Origin: Octopus vulgaris
Lineage: Eukaryota
Length of the DNA: 64,000 nt
Direction: 5' to 3'
Assembly (NCBI GenBank): GCA_951406725.2
Contig: OX597824.1
Coordinates: forward strand, 31,186,001-31,250,000
Positions 17,602-30,169 of this stretch are shown here, piece after piece (positions within the stretch are counted from its first letter, which is position 1; each line of letters begins with the position of its first letter). Position numbers and translations under genes: made by a program. Below the pieces are notes generated by a model. The model ran no database searches. It was given only the letters and a program-made list of their open reading frames with translations, and was not told the origin of the DNA.

Positions 17602-18854
17602 TCAGGTCATTAAAAATGTAATGTCCGATTTTCCTATGCACTAAGTTTGACAGTCGTTAATTCTAATATTTTATCCTGACAATTCTTTGTTTTACGACAT
17701 TGAAGAGTTACACCATCACTTTTCGAAATTAAATTCATTGTGTCTCATTATATTGTGAGTTTTCTCTTGTAAATCAAATTTTGCGAACCCATGGATTGTT
17801 TATGAATATGAGTTCCGTCATAGAACCAATGCATCCCAGACAGCTTGAAACATCAATGAGATGTTAAATGAAGATGTGGCGAATGAGTGCAGTGTACGTC
17901 GATGGTTTGTGAAGTTCTGGGCTGGTGACTTTACTCTTGAAAATCAGCCCTGTGGTAGACCTGAGACCAAGGTGGATAATAATGAGCTGGAAATTGTAAT
18001 GGAAGCAGATGCACCTCAAATTACGTGAGTTAACAGCAAGGTTTGATGTTTCGATTCCAACTGAACTGGACCATCTGAAATAAATTGGCATGGTAAAGAA
18101 GCTGGATAAGTGGATACCATACCAACTGAGCGAGCATCAAATGACACGTCGTCTTGAGACTTGCTGTTTTTTGCTGTCATGGCATAAAAGCGAACCATTT
18201 TTGCCTCATATTGTTAGGTATAATGAAAATGGATTCTTTTCAACAATAGCAAGTGTTCTGCATGGTGGTTGGATAGAGACGAATCAATCCTCCAAAAAAA
18301 ATATTCATCAAAAAACATCTAATGGTGTCTGTTTGGTGGTGCAGCGCTGGCGTCATCCACTACAACTTTATGAGACCTGTTAAGTCAATTACAGCAGATG
18401 TATGCAACCAATTGGGTGAAATGATGAGTGAACTTGCAATCAAACAACCGAGATTGGACAACAGACACAGGCCAATTCTCTTGCAAGACAATACTCAACT
18501 ACATGCTGCACAAACAATGCTACTCAAATTACAGGAACTGAACTTAGAAGTACTCTGTCATCCGTCATATTCACCAGAACTTGCACCAACTGACTATCAT
18601 GTTTTCCAGGCATTAGACAAATTTTTGCAAGAAAAAAACTTCAAATCTGAAGAAGATGCAAATACAGCCTTTCGTGATTTCATCACCTCTTGCTCTCCAG
18701 AATTCTTTGCTGCTGGCATAAATAAGCTACCAATAAAGTGGAAAAATGGTGTTGAGAATTTAGGTGCATACTTTGATTGACTGCATTACTTTTTGTTGAG
18801 ATAGTAAAATAAACTTTCAGTTTGAAATCGGACATTTCATTCTTAATGACCTGG
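17602..18854 (+). mobile_element. Full-length mariner (DD34D) transposon with disrupted transposase
   Basis: TIRs caggtcattaaaaatgtaatgtccgattt / aaatcggacatttcattcttaatgacctg in TA context. Motifs WIPYQL, PILLQDN, HPSYSPELAPTDYHVF. About 1.25 kb. Confidence 0.95.
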
Positions 18855-18929
18855 TATATATGCGTGTGTGTGAGTGTATACTAGCAGAGATACCCGGCAT
18901 TGCTTGCAATTAAAATGGCATAGTTTTTT

Positions 18930-19170
18930 ATTGTTTTACTTTTGTAGTCATGTGACTGCAGCTATATTGGGGCACCGCCTTTGGTCGAACAAATTAGCAC
19001 CAAGATTTATTCTTTGTAAGCCTAATAATCTATCAGTGTCTTTTGCCGAACCGCTAAGTTACGGGGACATAAACATAGCAACATCGATTGTCAAGTGATG
19101 GTAGGGGTACAAACACAGACACACACACACACACATAAATATATACATATATATGACAGCTTTCTTTCAG
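18930..19170 (-). mobile_element. SINE family A, partial
   Basis: Reverse complement of the family A tail. Confidence 0.75.
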
Positions 19171-19199
19171 ACTGAACTTAAGAAAAAAAACTATCAACA

Positions 19200-20630
19200 A
19201 TTCAGCAAGTTTCACTATTTGCAACTGCCACCTGGAGTTAATGAGATATTACATTGAACCCAAGAATTTGATTTTAGTTTATCAGAACATTGCTTGGTCC
19301 CCAATTTATGTAGCAATGGCAGAAAATGGAGCCATCACCAAAGAAAATTAGTTATTGCCCTTAACTGACAATACAAAGCCAGTTATTAATCTCATCCTCC
19401 AGTCACTTCAGCCATCAACAAATGGTGGTATTCTACATAGCTGCAATGAGACCCACAATGGAATACTGCTCTCAGATAAGAAGTGGTGTTGCTACAAGCA
19501 TAAGAGTGTATCCTGACATATAAAAACTACCAAACTGACATAAAAATCACTCATAAGCATACTCTAGCTTCTGCACCACAAGCATGCAGGTATCTCTGTT
19601 TTTAGTACCATTACTATACAGGCCTCATCTCCTTGGAGATGGTCAGGCTGAAGTTACTTGTACACAAGCATTTCCAAATCACTCATTTCTCCTCTCATCA
19701 TTTCTCTTGTTAAATCAAACTTCCCCAGTGCTTCCCACAGTGAGGATCCTCTAATACACCCTCCTGGCTCATGTCTTGGAGCATCTGTGTTGGGTTTGGA
19801 GAAGGAGCAGTTTCTTCTCTGCAGCAAGTAAACAAAAAAAATATTTCCCTGACCCAAGCAACATTTTTAAAGTGATTGCCCTACAAACTTCAATTTCTTT
19901 CGTTCATAGATCAAGATTTACAAGTCAGGCTCTCTGTAAACATTTCTTAGATAGCAGTAGTGGTTTAGCTGCTGAAAAACTTCAGCACAAGCAAAATTGT
20001 TAACACTTACTCTTTTACTTGTTTCAGTCATTTGACTGCGGCCATGCTGGAGCACTGCCTTTAATCGAGCAACTCGACCCCAGGACTTATTCTTTTGTAA
20101 GCCCAGTACTTATTCTATCGGTCTCTTTTGCCGAACCGCTAAGTAACAGGGACATAAACACACCAGCATCGGTTGTCAAGCAATGCTATGGGGACAATCA
20201 CAGACACACATATATATACATATATACGACGGGCTTCTTTCAGTTTCCGTCTACCAAATCCACTCACAAGGCTTTGGTCGGCCCAAGGCTATAGTAGAAG
20301 ACACTTGCCCAAGGTGCCACGCAGTGGGACTAAACCCTGAACACTGCAAGCAAACACTTCATATTTGATACAAGAACCATCTGAAAAGTCTTCTTGTATT
20401 TGCAAACAATCACTCCTGCTGAGTTAAAACTTTGTAGCAGATGACTACATGTACAGTGAGCTCAATCCAACTTTCCCTTTACCAGTTCAGAACTAAAACA
20501 GATTCTCTACACTCTTCTTTGTTTACATTAACAACTTTTATGTCACTTATAACCATAAAAGCTCACATCTTCCCTTCTCAACACCATTCTTATCTACCAT
20601 ATAATTACATTTCCTGCCTACTCAAATGAT
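19200..20630 (+). mobile_element. Very old CR1/Jockey-group LINE fragments interrupted by a SINE
   Basis: RPTMEYCSQI near 19450 and a C-terminal-like HSSLF...AHIFPS near 20510. Many stops. Confidence 0.45.
20007..20339 (-). mobile_element. SINE family A, head truncated
   Basis: Reverse-complement match to 12318-12690. Confidence 0.88.
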
Positions 20631-21138
20631 AGGTGTTGTAGTATATTCACAGGTTTATTATTTTTTCCTTCCCTGTAACAAAAATCATTATAGAGCATCA
20701 CTGAAACTATTCTATACAGGCTGAGCAGTAATAGTTTATTTCAGTTATTTCAATAGATTCTCATACATCACAGCATGATTGCTGATACATGTATATAGTG
20801 GTGCCTTCCCCAATATTGCTCATTTTCATTCTGGCATGCATGGTGAATTTACAATCAGCTAACATAAATCTAAATTAACTTTTAGGTATTGTGAGGTTTC
20901 TCATCGTTCAGCAGCCAAAAGACAGCAGATCTTTCAAGTACTCTTTTCTAACATCTAAAAGAGATGAGATACCTGTAGAAAACAAACCTTAATTCTATAC
21001 TTCCATTCAGTGTTGAAAACCAGTTTAAAATGTAAAGTTAGAAATTTGCTTTATTAGTATTTTAGATAATGAAAACGTTCTTCAAAAAATTAAGTATATG
21101 AAAGTAAGATTTTAAATATTGGAAAAACATACAAAAAG

Positions 21139-21144
21139 TTTATT
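21139..21144 (-). promoter_or_regulatory. Candidate poly(A) signal of MRPL33
   Basis: AATAAA on the minus strand about 25 nt after the stop. A second one lies at 21050-21055. Confidence 0.5.
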
Positions 21145-21169
21145 TAGACATTTAATACAGGTAAAATTA

Positions 21170-21219
21170 TTACAATGTTTTCAGCTTCTTTTTCTCTTTG
21201 TAAAGTACTCTTTGCTGAA
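21170..21219 (-). CDS. MRPL33: Mitochondrial ribosomal protein L33 (bL33m), last coding exon
   Basis: Acceptor ttctttttcag. Encodes (V)QQRVLYKEKKKLKTL*, comparable to the human C-terminus VKQRVLFVEKKKIRSL. Phase fits the upstream exon. Confidence 0.9.
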
Positions 21220-21669
21220 CTGAAAAAGAAAGAAAATATATGCACTAATATCCACCACATTTGAGGGAGAGTGTGGAAGTAAAAGACCATCAAAAAACAA
21301 ACGGAGAATAAGTGACATAGAAGTAAAATGAAAGTAAGTGGAAGGATGAAGTGTTTGAAGTAGCAACGAGGGAGAGAGAGAGAGAGAAAGTCAGTGGTGC
21401 CACGTAAAAAGCACCCTTGCTGGTGCCACATAAAAAGCTCCTGTGCTGGATCCATATAAAAAGCACCCTGTAGACTCTGTAAAGTGGTTAGGAAGGCCAT
21501 CAGGTTATAGAAACTTTATTAAAACAGAGAAGTGGAACCTGGTGCAGCTCTCTGGTTTGTCAGCTCCTGTCAAACAATCCAAACAATGCCAGCATAGAAA
21601 ACAGACATCAAATGATGATGACAGAATAACAATTAGAAGGAATGTCAATGGGAACCCTGAGAAAATTAA

Positions 21670-21880
21670 TGGGTTTCTATTTTAAACACAAAGCCAGTAA
21701 TTTTGAAGAGAGGTGATTAGTCAATACCATTGATCGCAGTACTTGACAGGTTCTTTATTTTATCAGCACTGGAGAGATAAAAGCAAAGTTGACCCCGGCA
21801 GGGCCTGAACTCAAAATGCAGCAAACCAAATGAAATACAGTAAGGCATTTTTCTTAAAACATTCATGATTCCAGCCACCA
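21670..21880 (-). mobile_element. Degenerate SINE (Nin-domain-like body)
   Basis: cagtacttgac...ttattttatc...aaagttgaccccggcagggcctgaactc. Confidence 0.5.
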
Positions 21881-21977
21881 CTTACTCTAACCTATTTTCA
21901 GTTTAATCTGCTCACTCTTGCACTTTCCTTTCTCTGTTGAGAAAATAAAGGAAAATCACGTGGAAGAATAAATAACT

Positions 21978-22470
21978 ATCATCATTATCATCATCGTTTA
22001 ACGTCCGTTTTCCATGCTAGCATGGGTTGGACGGTTCAACTGGGGTCTGGGAAGCCAGAAGGCTGCGCCAGGCCCTGTTTGATCTGGCAGTGTTTCTACA
22101 GCTGGATGCCCTTCCTAACGCCAATGACTCCGTGAGTGTAGTGGGTGCTTTTTACGTGCCACCTGCACACGTGCCAGACGAGGCTGGCAAATGGCCACGA
22201 TCGGATGGTGCTTTTTACGTGCCACCAGCACGGGTCCAGATGATGCTGGCAACAGTCACAATCGGATTTTGCTTTTTACATGCCACCGGCACGGAGGCCA
22301 GTCGGGGCAGCACTGGCAACGTTCGGATGGTTCTCTTACATGCCACTGGCACTGGTATCACAGCTACAATTTCCATTGATGTTGAACGATTTCGATTTTC
22401 ACTTGCCTCAACAGGTCTTCACAAGTAGGGTTTGTGTCACAAGAAGGAAAGGTATGCATAAGGGGATAGG
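21978..22470 (-). mobile_element. RTE LINE 3' end with about 60-bp internal tandem repeats and (GAT)n tail
   Basis: catcatcgtttaacgtccgttttccatgctagcatgggttggacg plus repeated ggtgctttttacgtgccacc. A related sequence follows the RTE ORF at 51960-52035. Confidence 0.8.
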
Positions 22471-23053
22471 TATGCATAAGAGGAAAGGTATGAATTATAA
22501 ATTAATTTGGACACTGAAATAATCAGTTATCATGATCATCATTTTTCTTTCAGGTCTTCATGCTGGTGCGGCTTGGAAAAATTAACTTTCAGTATTAATT
22601 TTGCTAAAATAAATTTAATGTCCTTGGTATCATTAATCATATCAAACCAGAATAAACAAGATTGAGTTAATGATGGATGTGAGAAGGTTAAGCTTCAAAT
22701 GTAAAGCAAAGTTTTATGCAGTGCAGTCATTACTGCTCAAAGATAGAGACTTCAGAATAAGTTGCCTACTAACATTATTGAAGAACTGAGATCAGACACA
22801 CTGATTCATATTGTATGTCATTGCATCCCTGGTTTAACAGAGAAAATCAGGTAAAGAAGGCAAGTAAAATCTCAGCAAAAGATTCAACAAATTGATGTCT
22901 TCAAGACAAGGATTAAAAGTCCTTAAATGCAAACATCATATTCATCAAATGAGTTTGTTGGTTTTATGATGAAAATATACTACATAAATCAGGACTTTGT
23001 AATATTATTTTCCGTATTAACATAAGTGGAATAGTATCTTTCCTTTCAATTTT

Positions 23054-23295
23054 CATCATCATCATCGTTTAACGTCCGCTTTCCATGCTAGTATGGGTTG
23101 GACGGTTCAAATTGGGTCTGGGAAGCCAGAAGGCTGCACCAGGCCCTGTCTGATCTGGCAATGTTTCTACGGCTGGATGCCCTTCCTAATGCCAACCACT
23201 CCGTGAGTGTAGTGGGTGCTTTTTACGTGCCAGACGAGGCTGGCAAACGGCCACAATTGGATGGTGCTTTTTACGTGCCACCGGCATGGAGGCCA
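23054..23295 (-). mobile_element. RTE LINE 3' end
   Basis: Same family as 21978-22470. Confidence 0.8.
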
Positions 23296-23572
23296 TACTT
23301 CAGAAGTAATTATTATATGTCCTTCCAACTGTCAACATTTAACCATGATAAAGGAATGCAGCATGCTATCAGCCAATTAAACTGAAGCAAGCAGAGTTAT
23401 GCTTCTGAAAAGGTTCAGCAGTTATAAGTATTCAATTCAAAATGTCAGTCACCTTAAATTTCATGCAATGTACAAAAATAATCATTTGCAGAACATTTTC
23501 TGTTGTATTGGCATCATTGATGCTTAATAACTTCAGTAGCACCAAAATAGCAAAATAACGGATTGTACTCAC

Positions 23573-23679
23573 CCCATGGATCAAAACGGATCATTGCAGC
23601 CTTATCTGCAGATTTTAACCGGACAGCAGCAAATTTGTGTCCCGTACCTGCACAGCTCTCCATGAGGACTAACAGCACT
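23573..23679 (-). CDS. MRPL33: MRPL33 middle coding exon (107 nt)
   Basis: Acceptor ttttgcaag, donor gtgagt. Encodes VLLVLMESCAGTGHKFAAVRLKSADKAAMIRFDPW, containing the bL33 signature S-x-AGTG...FDP. Confidence 0.92.
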
Positions 23680-24570
23680 CTTGCAAAATATAGAAAATAC
23701 ATATGTCACAAATTACTTTGAACAAACTGCAATAAAATTGCAACAAAACAGCAAAAGATGGGAGTTGGGGAAAATGTAGTGAATGATGAACAAAAGTCGA
23801 GAAGGTGATTGATGGCAAATATGATTTGGAAGAATGTGATAAGAAGGCTGGATGTCAACAGAAGTGGTTCAAAGGAAAGGGGGAGGCAGTGGTGGTGGTG
23901 GTGGTGGCAGTGCACAAAAGGTGAAAAACAGTAGAACAATGATAATATAACTGTAGATAGGATATGAATGGAGAGATGACAGTGGTGGGGGTGAGTAAAG
24001 GTTGAAATAGTATAAGGTGGAGAGAAAGTGAGATGTATAGTGACAGGGGTGAATATAGTGAAATGTAAACAGGGGGGGGGGCAGTTGACAATAGATATGA
24101 GACTGTGTTAAGAATGAGGAATGGATGTCAAAAGGAAGCAGGTCTAGATAAAAGCAAATAGAAAATAATACTTACTGACCAAAGACAAAAAAAAATCAAA
24201 ATTGTTTTACAGTGTTTGAGAAAGCTTGGAAAGAACAAATTGGACACAGGACCTAGTTGTGTGTATATGCATAATGCTTTTAAAGAGATAGATCTTCAGA
24301 GATCTTCTCCATGAGGTTTAACATCCAGTGGTCAACCTTCAAACTTTTGTTCCACATCCCCTAGATCTTCCTCTTTCACAAGCCTCATCTGCATAAAGAT
24401 ATAAGCCCCGTTTTAAGTTGACCTCCACATGCACCACATGCTCATAACAATGAGGTTTTCATTTACGCACACTACATCTGATTCCTCTTATATCTAGATT
24501 TTCTCTCAACGCATTTATACTCTGCTACCATATATACTGACACTGTACTTCCAGCAGAGCATGCATACTC

Positions 24571-24964
24571 TCTCTTTACTCTTTTACTTGTTTCAGTCAT
24601 TTGACTGCGGCCATGCTGGAGCACCGCCTTTAGTCGAGCAAATCGACCCCAGGACTTATTCTTTGTAAGCCCAGTACTTATTCTATCGGTCTCTTTTGCC
24701 GAACCGCTAAGTGACGGGGACGTAAACACACCAGCATCGGTTGTCAAGCAATGCTAGGGGGACAAACACGGACACACAAACACACACATACATATATATA
24801 TACGACAGGCTTCTTTCAGTTTCTGTCTACCAAATCCACTCACAAGGCATTGATCGGCCCAGGGCTATAGCAGAAGACACTTGCCCAAGATGCCACGCAG
24901 TGGGACTGAACCCGGAACCATGTAGTTGGTTAGCAAGCTACTTACCACACAGCCATTCCTGCGC
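24571..24964 (-). mobile_element. Full-length SINE family A
   Basis: Reverse-complement match to 12318-12690 including A and B boxes. Confidence 0.9.
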
Positions 24965-25744
24965 ATGTTTCATTTCTTTCTAGTCTATGCAAGTTTTCTG
25001 CATTCAGGGTCCATGTCCCCTTACTTTGTAGCATTGCAGTTCATACATAAGTTTCATACAGTCTGTTTTTCACTCTGAGAGAGAGGCCTTTTTTTTTTCA
25101 CTAACAGCAGTAATAGATCTTAGAACCTTCTCCAGCCTGTACTTTTTCTGGTTACTATATACATTTGGAACATCCCCCAATTCTAATTAGGTTACACAGA
25201 TAACAGAAACTATCTAATACCAATAGGGATCATCCTGTGTATTTGAAAATTTCTGTTTTTGTGTTCTTAGTGTTCAGTGATTTTGTGCATATTCCACAAA
25301 GACTCTTTGTTATAATGTATTTCAATATTTGACACATGTATTGACAGAATTATAACAAATTTATAGAATTGCACAGATAAATAAGACACCATGATAATTA
25401 TTCTTAGTAACAATAAATTTGTTTAAATGATTAAGATAATTTTTGAAAACCTGGTTTAGTAATTTAGTGACGGGAGGGAGAGAATATGAAATATGGTAAC
25501 GATTTTAATATCTGAGTGAACATGTCTTTTCAACTGAAGAGTTATGATGTATATTATCAAAAGTGTATGATGAAAAACATACAACTCACTCTTAAAGTAA
25601 GAAACTAAATTTCAAATACCTAATGAATGCCTGGTTAGAATAGAATACAGCAGTATTTATTATCTTATGCTGCAGCATTGTACTCAGATTGAAATTTGTC
25701 TTGATAAACCTCAGAAATGAAATATGAAAACCAAAACACAAGAG

Positions 25745-26152
25745 CAGGCATGGTTATTTGGTTAAAAATGTAGCTTCAAAACCATGTGGTCTTGATTCAA
25801 TCCTACTGTGCAGTACCTCAAGCAAGTGCCTCCTACTAAAGCCTAAGCTCAACAAAGCTTTGTGAGTGGATTTGGTAAATAAAAACTGAAAGAAACCCAT
25901 CAGAGATATGTGTGCGCATGTGTGTGTGTACTCCTGTCTTGGCATAATGTAATTGTTTCTAAACAAGCATCATCATACAAGTAATGTTGTTCATTTCAAA
26001 TCTTTTATGAAAAACATGTCTGGTCATAGGGAAATATGGAAACAGGTAGGTGTTGGTGACAGAAAGAGCATCCAGCCATAGAGAATCTGCATCAACAGTC
26101 TATTAGACCCCAAGCAAGCATGGAAAAGTGATGATGAAAAATGATGATGATT
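25745..26152 (+). mobile_element. SINE with family A head and RTE-like tail
   Basis: Head like 12318. Tail gcatccagcc...gcatggaaaagtgatgatg matches the RTE 3' end. Confidence 0.7.
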
Positions 26153-26327
26153 ATGCAGTTATAATATGATGCTTAAGATGTCAATAAATTAATAAATTAT
26201 TCTTTAATGAGTTTCAGCAAAAGATCAATATTAACTTTAAACCTTTGGTAAATTCTTTCTTCTAAGCCCTGACTATTGTTAAATTGGTAGTTATGCCAAA
26301 CCAAGAATATTGCCGTATGTGATTAAG

Positions 26328-26548
26328 TTAAACTCCTTCACACTCAAATTGACCATATCTGGCTCAAAATATTCAACCCATTTTATGTTCAAACTGACTA
26401 GATCGAGTCCCTTCATATCTACCCTACAATGACATTCTAAAAATAAACACTCACATAACTGAAATCTCAAAGCTATAATGCACGATTAATTCAAAACAAT
26501 GTGAATAGGCATTGCACTTTAATGAGTAATCTGAATGCTAAAGTGTTC
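26328..26548. mobile_element. piggyBac-like MITE, degenerate copy
   Basis: Homologous to 36241-36441 and 42909-43124. Confidence 0.6.
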
Positions 26549-26637
26549 AGCCAACATTTGTGATTATGCTTACATAAAAACAACTAAAATCATTAACAAT
26601 AACTAATATTTTAGGAATGTTGTACATAACTATTTTT

Positions 26638-27387
26638 GGTTAATATCTAGATCCGCACCCGGTGGGAAAAATGGAAACGAAAATGTGTAACAGTTGTAAG
26701 GCATCGTATATTGACGGAATAAGACGGAAAAAAAGCGCGCTGACAAACGGGGTTGGGGGGTGGGGGTGGTGGGGCTCGGGAAATTCTCGGGATCAACCGT
26801 AGAGGATCATGGAAAAAAATATGTGTAACAGGTGTAAGGCATCGTATATTGAAGGAATATGACGAAAACAAAGCGCGCTGACAAACGGGGGGGGGGGGGC
26901 TCGGAAAATTGCCTACGATTTAAAGAAAAATTTACCATCAATTTTCACCATTTTAAACGCATTTCACACACATAGCCCAATGTCATAATTCAAAACTAAC
27001 GCAGCGAAAATTTTGAAAAGTTCCCCCAGTTCTGAAAAAAATCGATAAATTCGACATGGGGTCGCGAATCAGAAACACAATGGTGAAAATTGATGGTAAA
27101 TTTTTCTTTAAATCGTAGGCAATTTTCCGAGCCCCCTCCCCCCCGTTTGTTAGCGCGCTTTGTTTTCGTCATATTCCTTCAATATACGATGCCTTACACC
27201 TGTTACACATATTTTTTTCCATGATCCTCTACGGTTGATCCTGGGAATTTTCCGATCCCCCCCACTCCCCACCCCCGTTCGTCAGCGCCCTTTTTTTCCG
27301 TCTTATTACGTCAATATACGATGCCTTACAACTGTTACACATTTTAGTTTCCATTTTTTCCACCGGGTGCGGATCTAGATATTAACC
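26638..27387. mobile_element. Fold-back MITE (Merlin-like GG..CC termini, 8-bp TSD) in an MRPL33 intron
   Basis: About 310-bp inverted arms (26638-26951 and 27078-27387). TSD ctattttt at 26630-26637 and 27388-27395. Each arm has two G-tract-containing subrepeats. Confidence 0.93.
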
Positions 27388-27398
27388 CTATTTTTATT

Positions 27399-27750
27399 GT
27401 TTGTTTCAGTCATTGGACTGCAGCCATGCTTGGGCACCACCTTGAAGGGTTTTAATGAAACAAATCAACTCCAGTACTTATTTTTTCTAAAGTCTGGTAC
27501 TTATTCTATCAGTCTCATTTTCTGAACCACTAAGTCACAGGGATGTAAACAAACCAGCACCAGTTGTCAAGTGGTGGTGGGGAAAAACACAAAGACACAC
27601 ATATATATAGACAGGCTTCTTTCAGTTTCTGTTGACCAGATCCACTCACAAGGCTTTGACTACAGTAAAAGACGCATGCACAAAGTACTGCACAGTGGGA
27701 TTGAACCCAAAACCACATGGTTGGGAAACAAGCTTCTTAAACACACCTAC
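27399..27750 (-). mobile_element. SINE family A, diverged
   Basis: Reverse-complement match to the family A body. Confidence 0.8.
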
Positions 27751-28063
27751 ATGTGATTTTTTTAATAATCTAGAGCAACACATTTACCAATGTATGACAC
27801 ATAATGACAATAGCTTAAGTATATTTTCTCAGGTTTTGCCCAACATCTAGCTAAACTAGAAATACTTTTTCTGTAAAATAAAGAACACAAGCATAATCCA
27901 AGTTATATAGGAAGGAAAATGAACATTTGTGGTATTTAATGCATTGCAAAATGACATATCAGAAAAGTGAGAGGATTTCACCTTAAAACTAGGTCTGTGG
28001 TGGTCTGATTACCACTTATTCTACAATGCTCAATACAACAATATAAAAAAATATTGTACTTAC

Positions 28064-28089
28064 TTTCCACTTTTAACAAATCGATGCAT
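28064..28089 (-). CDS. MRPL33: MRPL33 first coding exon (whole exon 28064-28115)
   Basis: Acceptor tttatttacag, donor gtaagt. ATG CAT CGA TTT GTT AAA AGT GGA AA ends in phase 2 and joins the next exon. Spliced CDS 26+107+50=183 nt: MHRFVKSGKVLLVLMESCAGTGHKFAAVRLKSADKAAMIRFDPWVQQRVLYKEKKKLKTL*. Confidence 0.75.
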
Positions 28090-29317
28090 TTCAAATCAAA
28101 ACAGCATGGATTTTCCTGTAAATAAAGAGAGATATTTTGGAATTTGTATTTGCCTAGCAAGCATTTTGACCTAAGACAACTTGTTGAAGCTAGAGCAATT
28201 ACATTGGAAAAGATTCATGGAGTTACTTTATTCAATTTTCCCTTTTAAAATTCTATATCACAAAATATGTGTAACTGTCACCAAATTATAAATTACAATT
28301 CAAACAGTGAGTTAGAAGTTGCTGACAATGATTAATGATTTGTTCATTATCACCTATCTGATAATGATTTAATTAGATAAAAAAAAGAGTGATGTTTAAG
28401 TGCCCATTGCACATATCAGCTATCTAAATGATATCAGGATTTATTGATTCTAAACAAGAAATGGAATTATCAGAGTTGATATTGCATGAATATTTTTGTT
28501 AGTGAATAGTAAGGATTAAAAAAATATCAATTTACTGACATATTTTAAATGTTGGGTCTCTGCCTACTGGTGGGTTTTAGAGGAGTGTGTAATTATTGTA
28601 ATAAGACAAAATAACAATAATTTTGGGGGTCTTACAAAACTTTTGAATAGTAGTAATGAAGGTATGTCTAAGGTTGCTTTTTTCAATGGAAATTGTACAA
28701 CTTCTATGTTACATTATCAAAACTGAAGCAAAAATTCAGTTCTGAGCCAGAAAATCGTTGCTAGGAGGGAGTTGAGCAATACTTTAAGAGTATCATCATC
28801 ATTTAACGTCCATTTTCCATGCTAGCATGGGTTGATAAACCAAAAACTGTGGATACCTGGTGTGTGAGAGTGTGTGTGTGTGCATGTGCAGGGGTATGCA
28901 CACAAACACATTGCTAAGAAAGTCAAAAAACAAATAAAAACGCTTTCCTGAGGTATTTGTTCTGCAATGAGTTACTCCCTTGTCACTCTCACCATCAGAA
29001 ATGCAGTAAATCAATGATTGGCTCATTGAAAAGTTAATACCAACAATACCATTGTTCATCAACTGCACTATAAAATCAGTTCAATTAATCAAACAATATA
29101 AAAATAAAAGGGCATAACAGGAATGCCAATAAAAGATACAAATCCATAAACAAAGGACAATAAAAGGGTGTAGCAGAAATATTGCCAGCGTCCCAAACAC
29201 CAACTCACTGACTAGGAATCGAAACCAAAATGACTACATTCAGATGTGATAAACAACAGGATTCTGTCATGGATTTAATATTCCTGCTGAAAGGGCTCCA
29301 CGCACTAGTAAGCAGCA

Positions 29318-29995
29318 TCATCAATAATATTAATATGCTAACTTTTTCAATTATTGCAAGACAGCCACAGAATTCTTAGGAGATAAAATTACTCATGTGA
29401 GGCTGAATCTCCTTGAGAACAGGTACGTACATACCTGTTGTGTGCGTCACACTTATTTCTTTGAAGTGATAAAGCGACAGAGAGGAAGTAAGAGAAAAAG
29501 AGAGAGAGTGAGAGATACAGTGAGTGGTGATGGCATTCGTTTTGTGTTTTTAAATATTTCAGAGAGGACATAAGAGAGTGAAAGTGAGAGAGAAAGAGAG
29601 AGAGAGAGTGAGTGGTGATGGCATTTGTTTTGAGAGGATGTAAGATAGAAAGAAAGAGAGACAGTGAGTGGTGATGGCATTCATTTTGTGTTTTTAGATG
29701 TTTATCACATCGCAAGAGAAGTAGATACATATACACATTGTTAAATGAAAAGCGGGCGAGAAGAGTGACACAAAGGAAGTGAAAGTGAGAGAGACAGTAG
29801 ATAAAGAAAAGTTCATAGATACATAGACAGCAAATATTGGCTGTCAATTTCACTTTTCATTACCACACGAGGATAAAATTAACTCACAAATGGCTGAATA
29901 CTCCACAGACATGCATAACATTAACGTAGTTCTCAGGGAGATTCAGCCTCACACGGAATATGACAAGGCTGGCCCCTTTGAATTACAGCAACAAC
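29318..29995 (+). mobile_element. Composite repeat, inverted homologue of 10365-10910, with internal triplication
   Basis: gtgagtggtgatggcatt unit occurs three times. Same SINE junction as the 10.4-kb copy. Confidence 0.75.
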
Positions 29996-30169
29996 TCGAG
30001 ACATATAAGTATATGAATGTGTTTGTGTGTGTGTATAGTATAGGTTAGTTAAAACATGTTTGCAATAATAAGTGTCACGTGGTGGAAATAAACACATTTA
30101 CCAAACTTTCATTCATAAATCCATTTATTATTTCATTCTTTTGCATTTCAATTTGTACATTTGTACCCA

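Noticed and set aside
18090-18780. Possible domesticated SETMAR-like gene
   Set aside because: Bounded by TIRs, has frameshifts and lacks a SET domain. It is a dead mariner.
22140-22360. Regularly spaced ggtgctttttacgtgccacc repeats resembling a CRISPR array
   Set aside because: The spacers are homologous to each other, the context is eukaryotic with no cas genes, and the array is a minisatellite in the RTE 3' UTR.
27978-28160. ORF-track frame ENPCCFDLKCIDLLKVE for the 52-nt exon
   Set aside because: It ends in phase 1 and does not join the phase-2 MRPL33 exon. The MHRFVKSG frame does.
28799-29068. 89-aa minus-strand ORF with a plausible acceptor
   Set aside because: No recognisable homology and no convincing donor. 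At most an alternative UTR exon.
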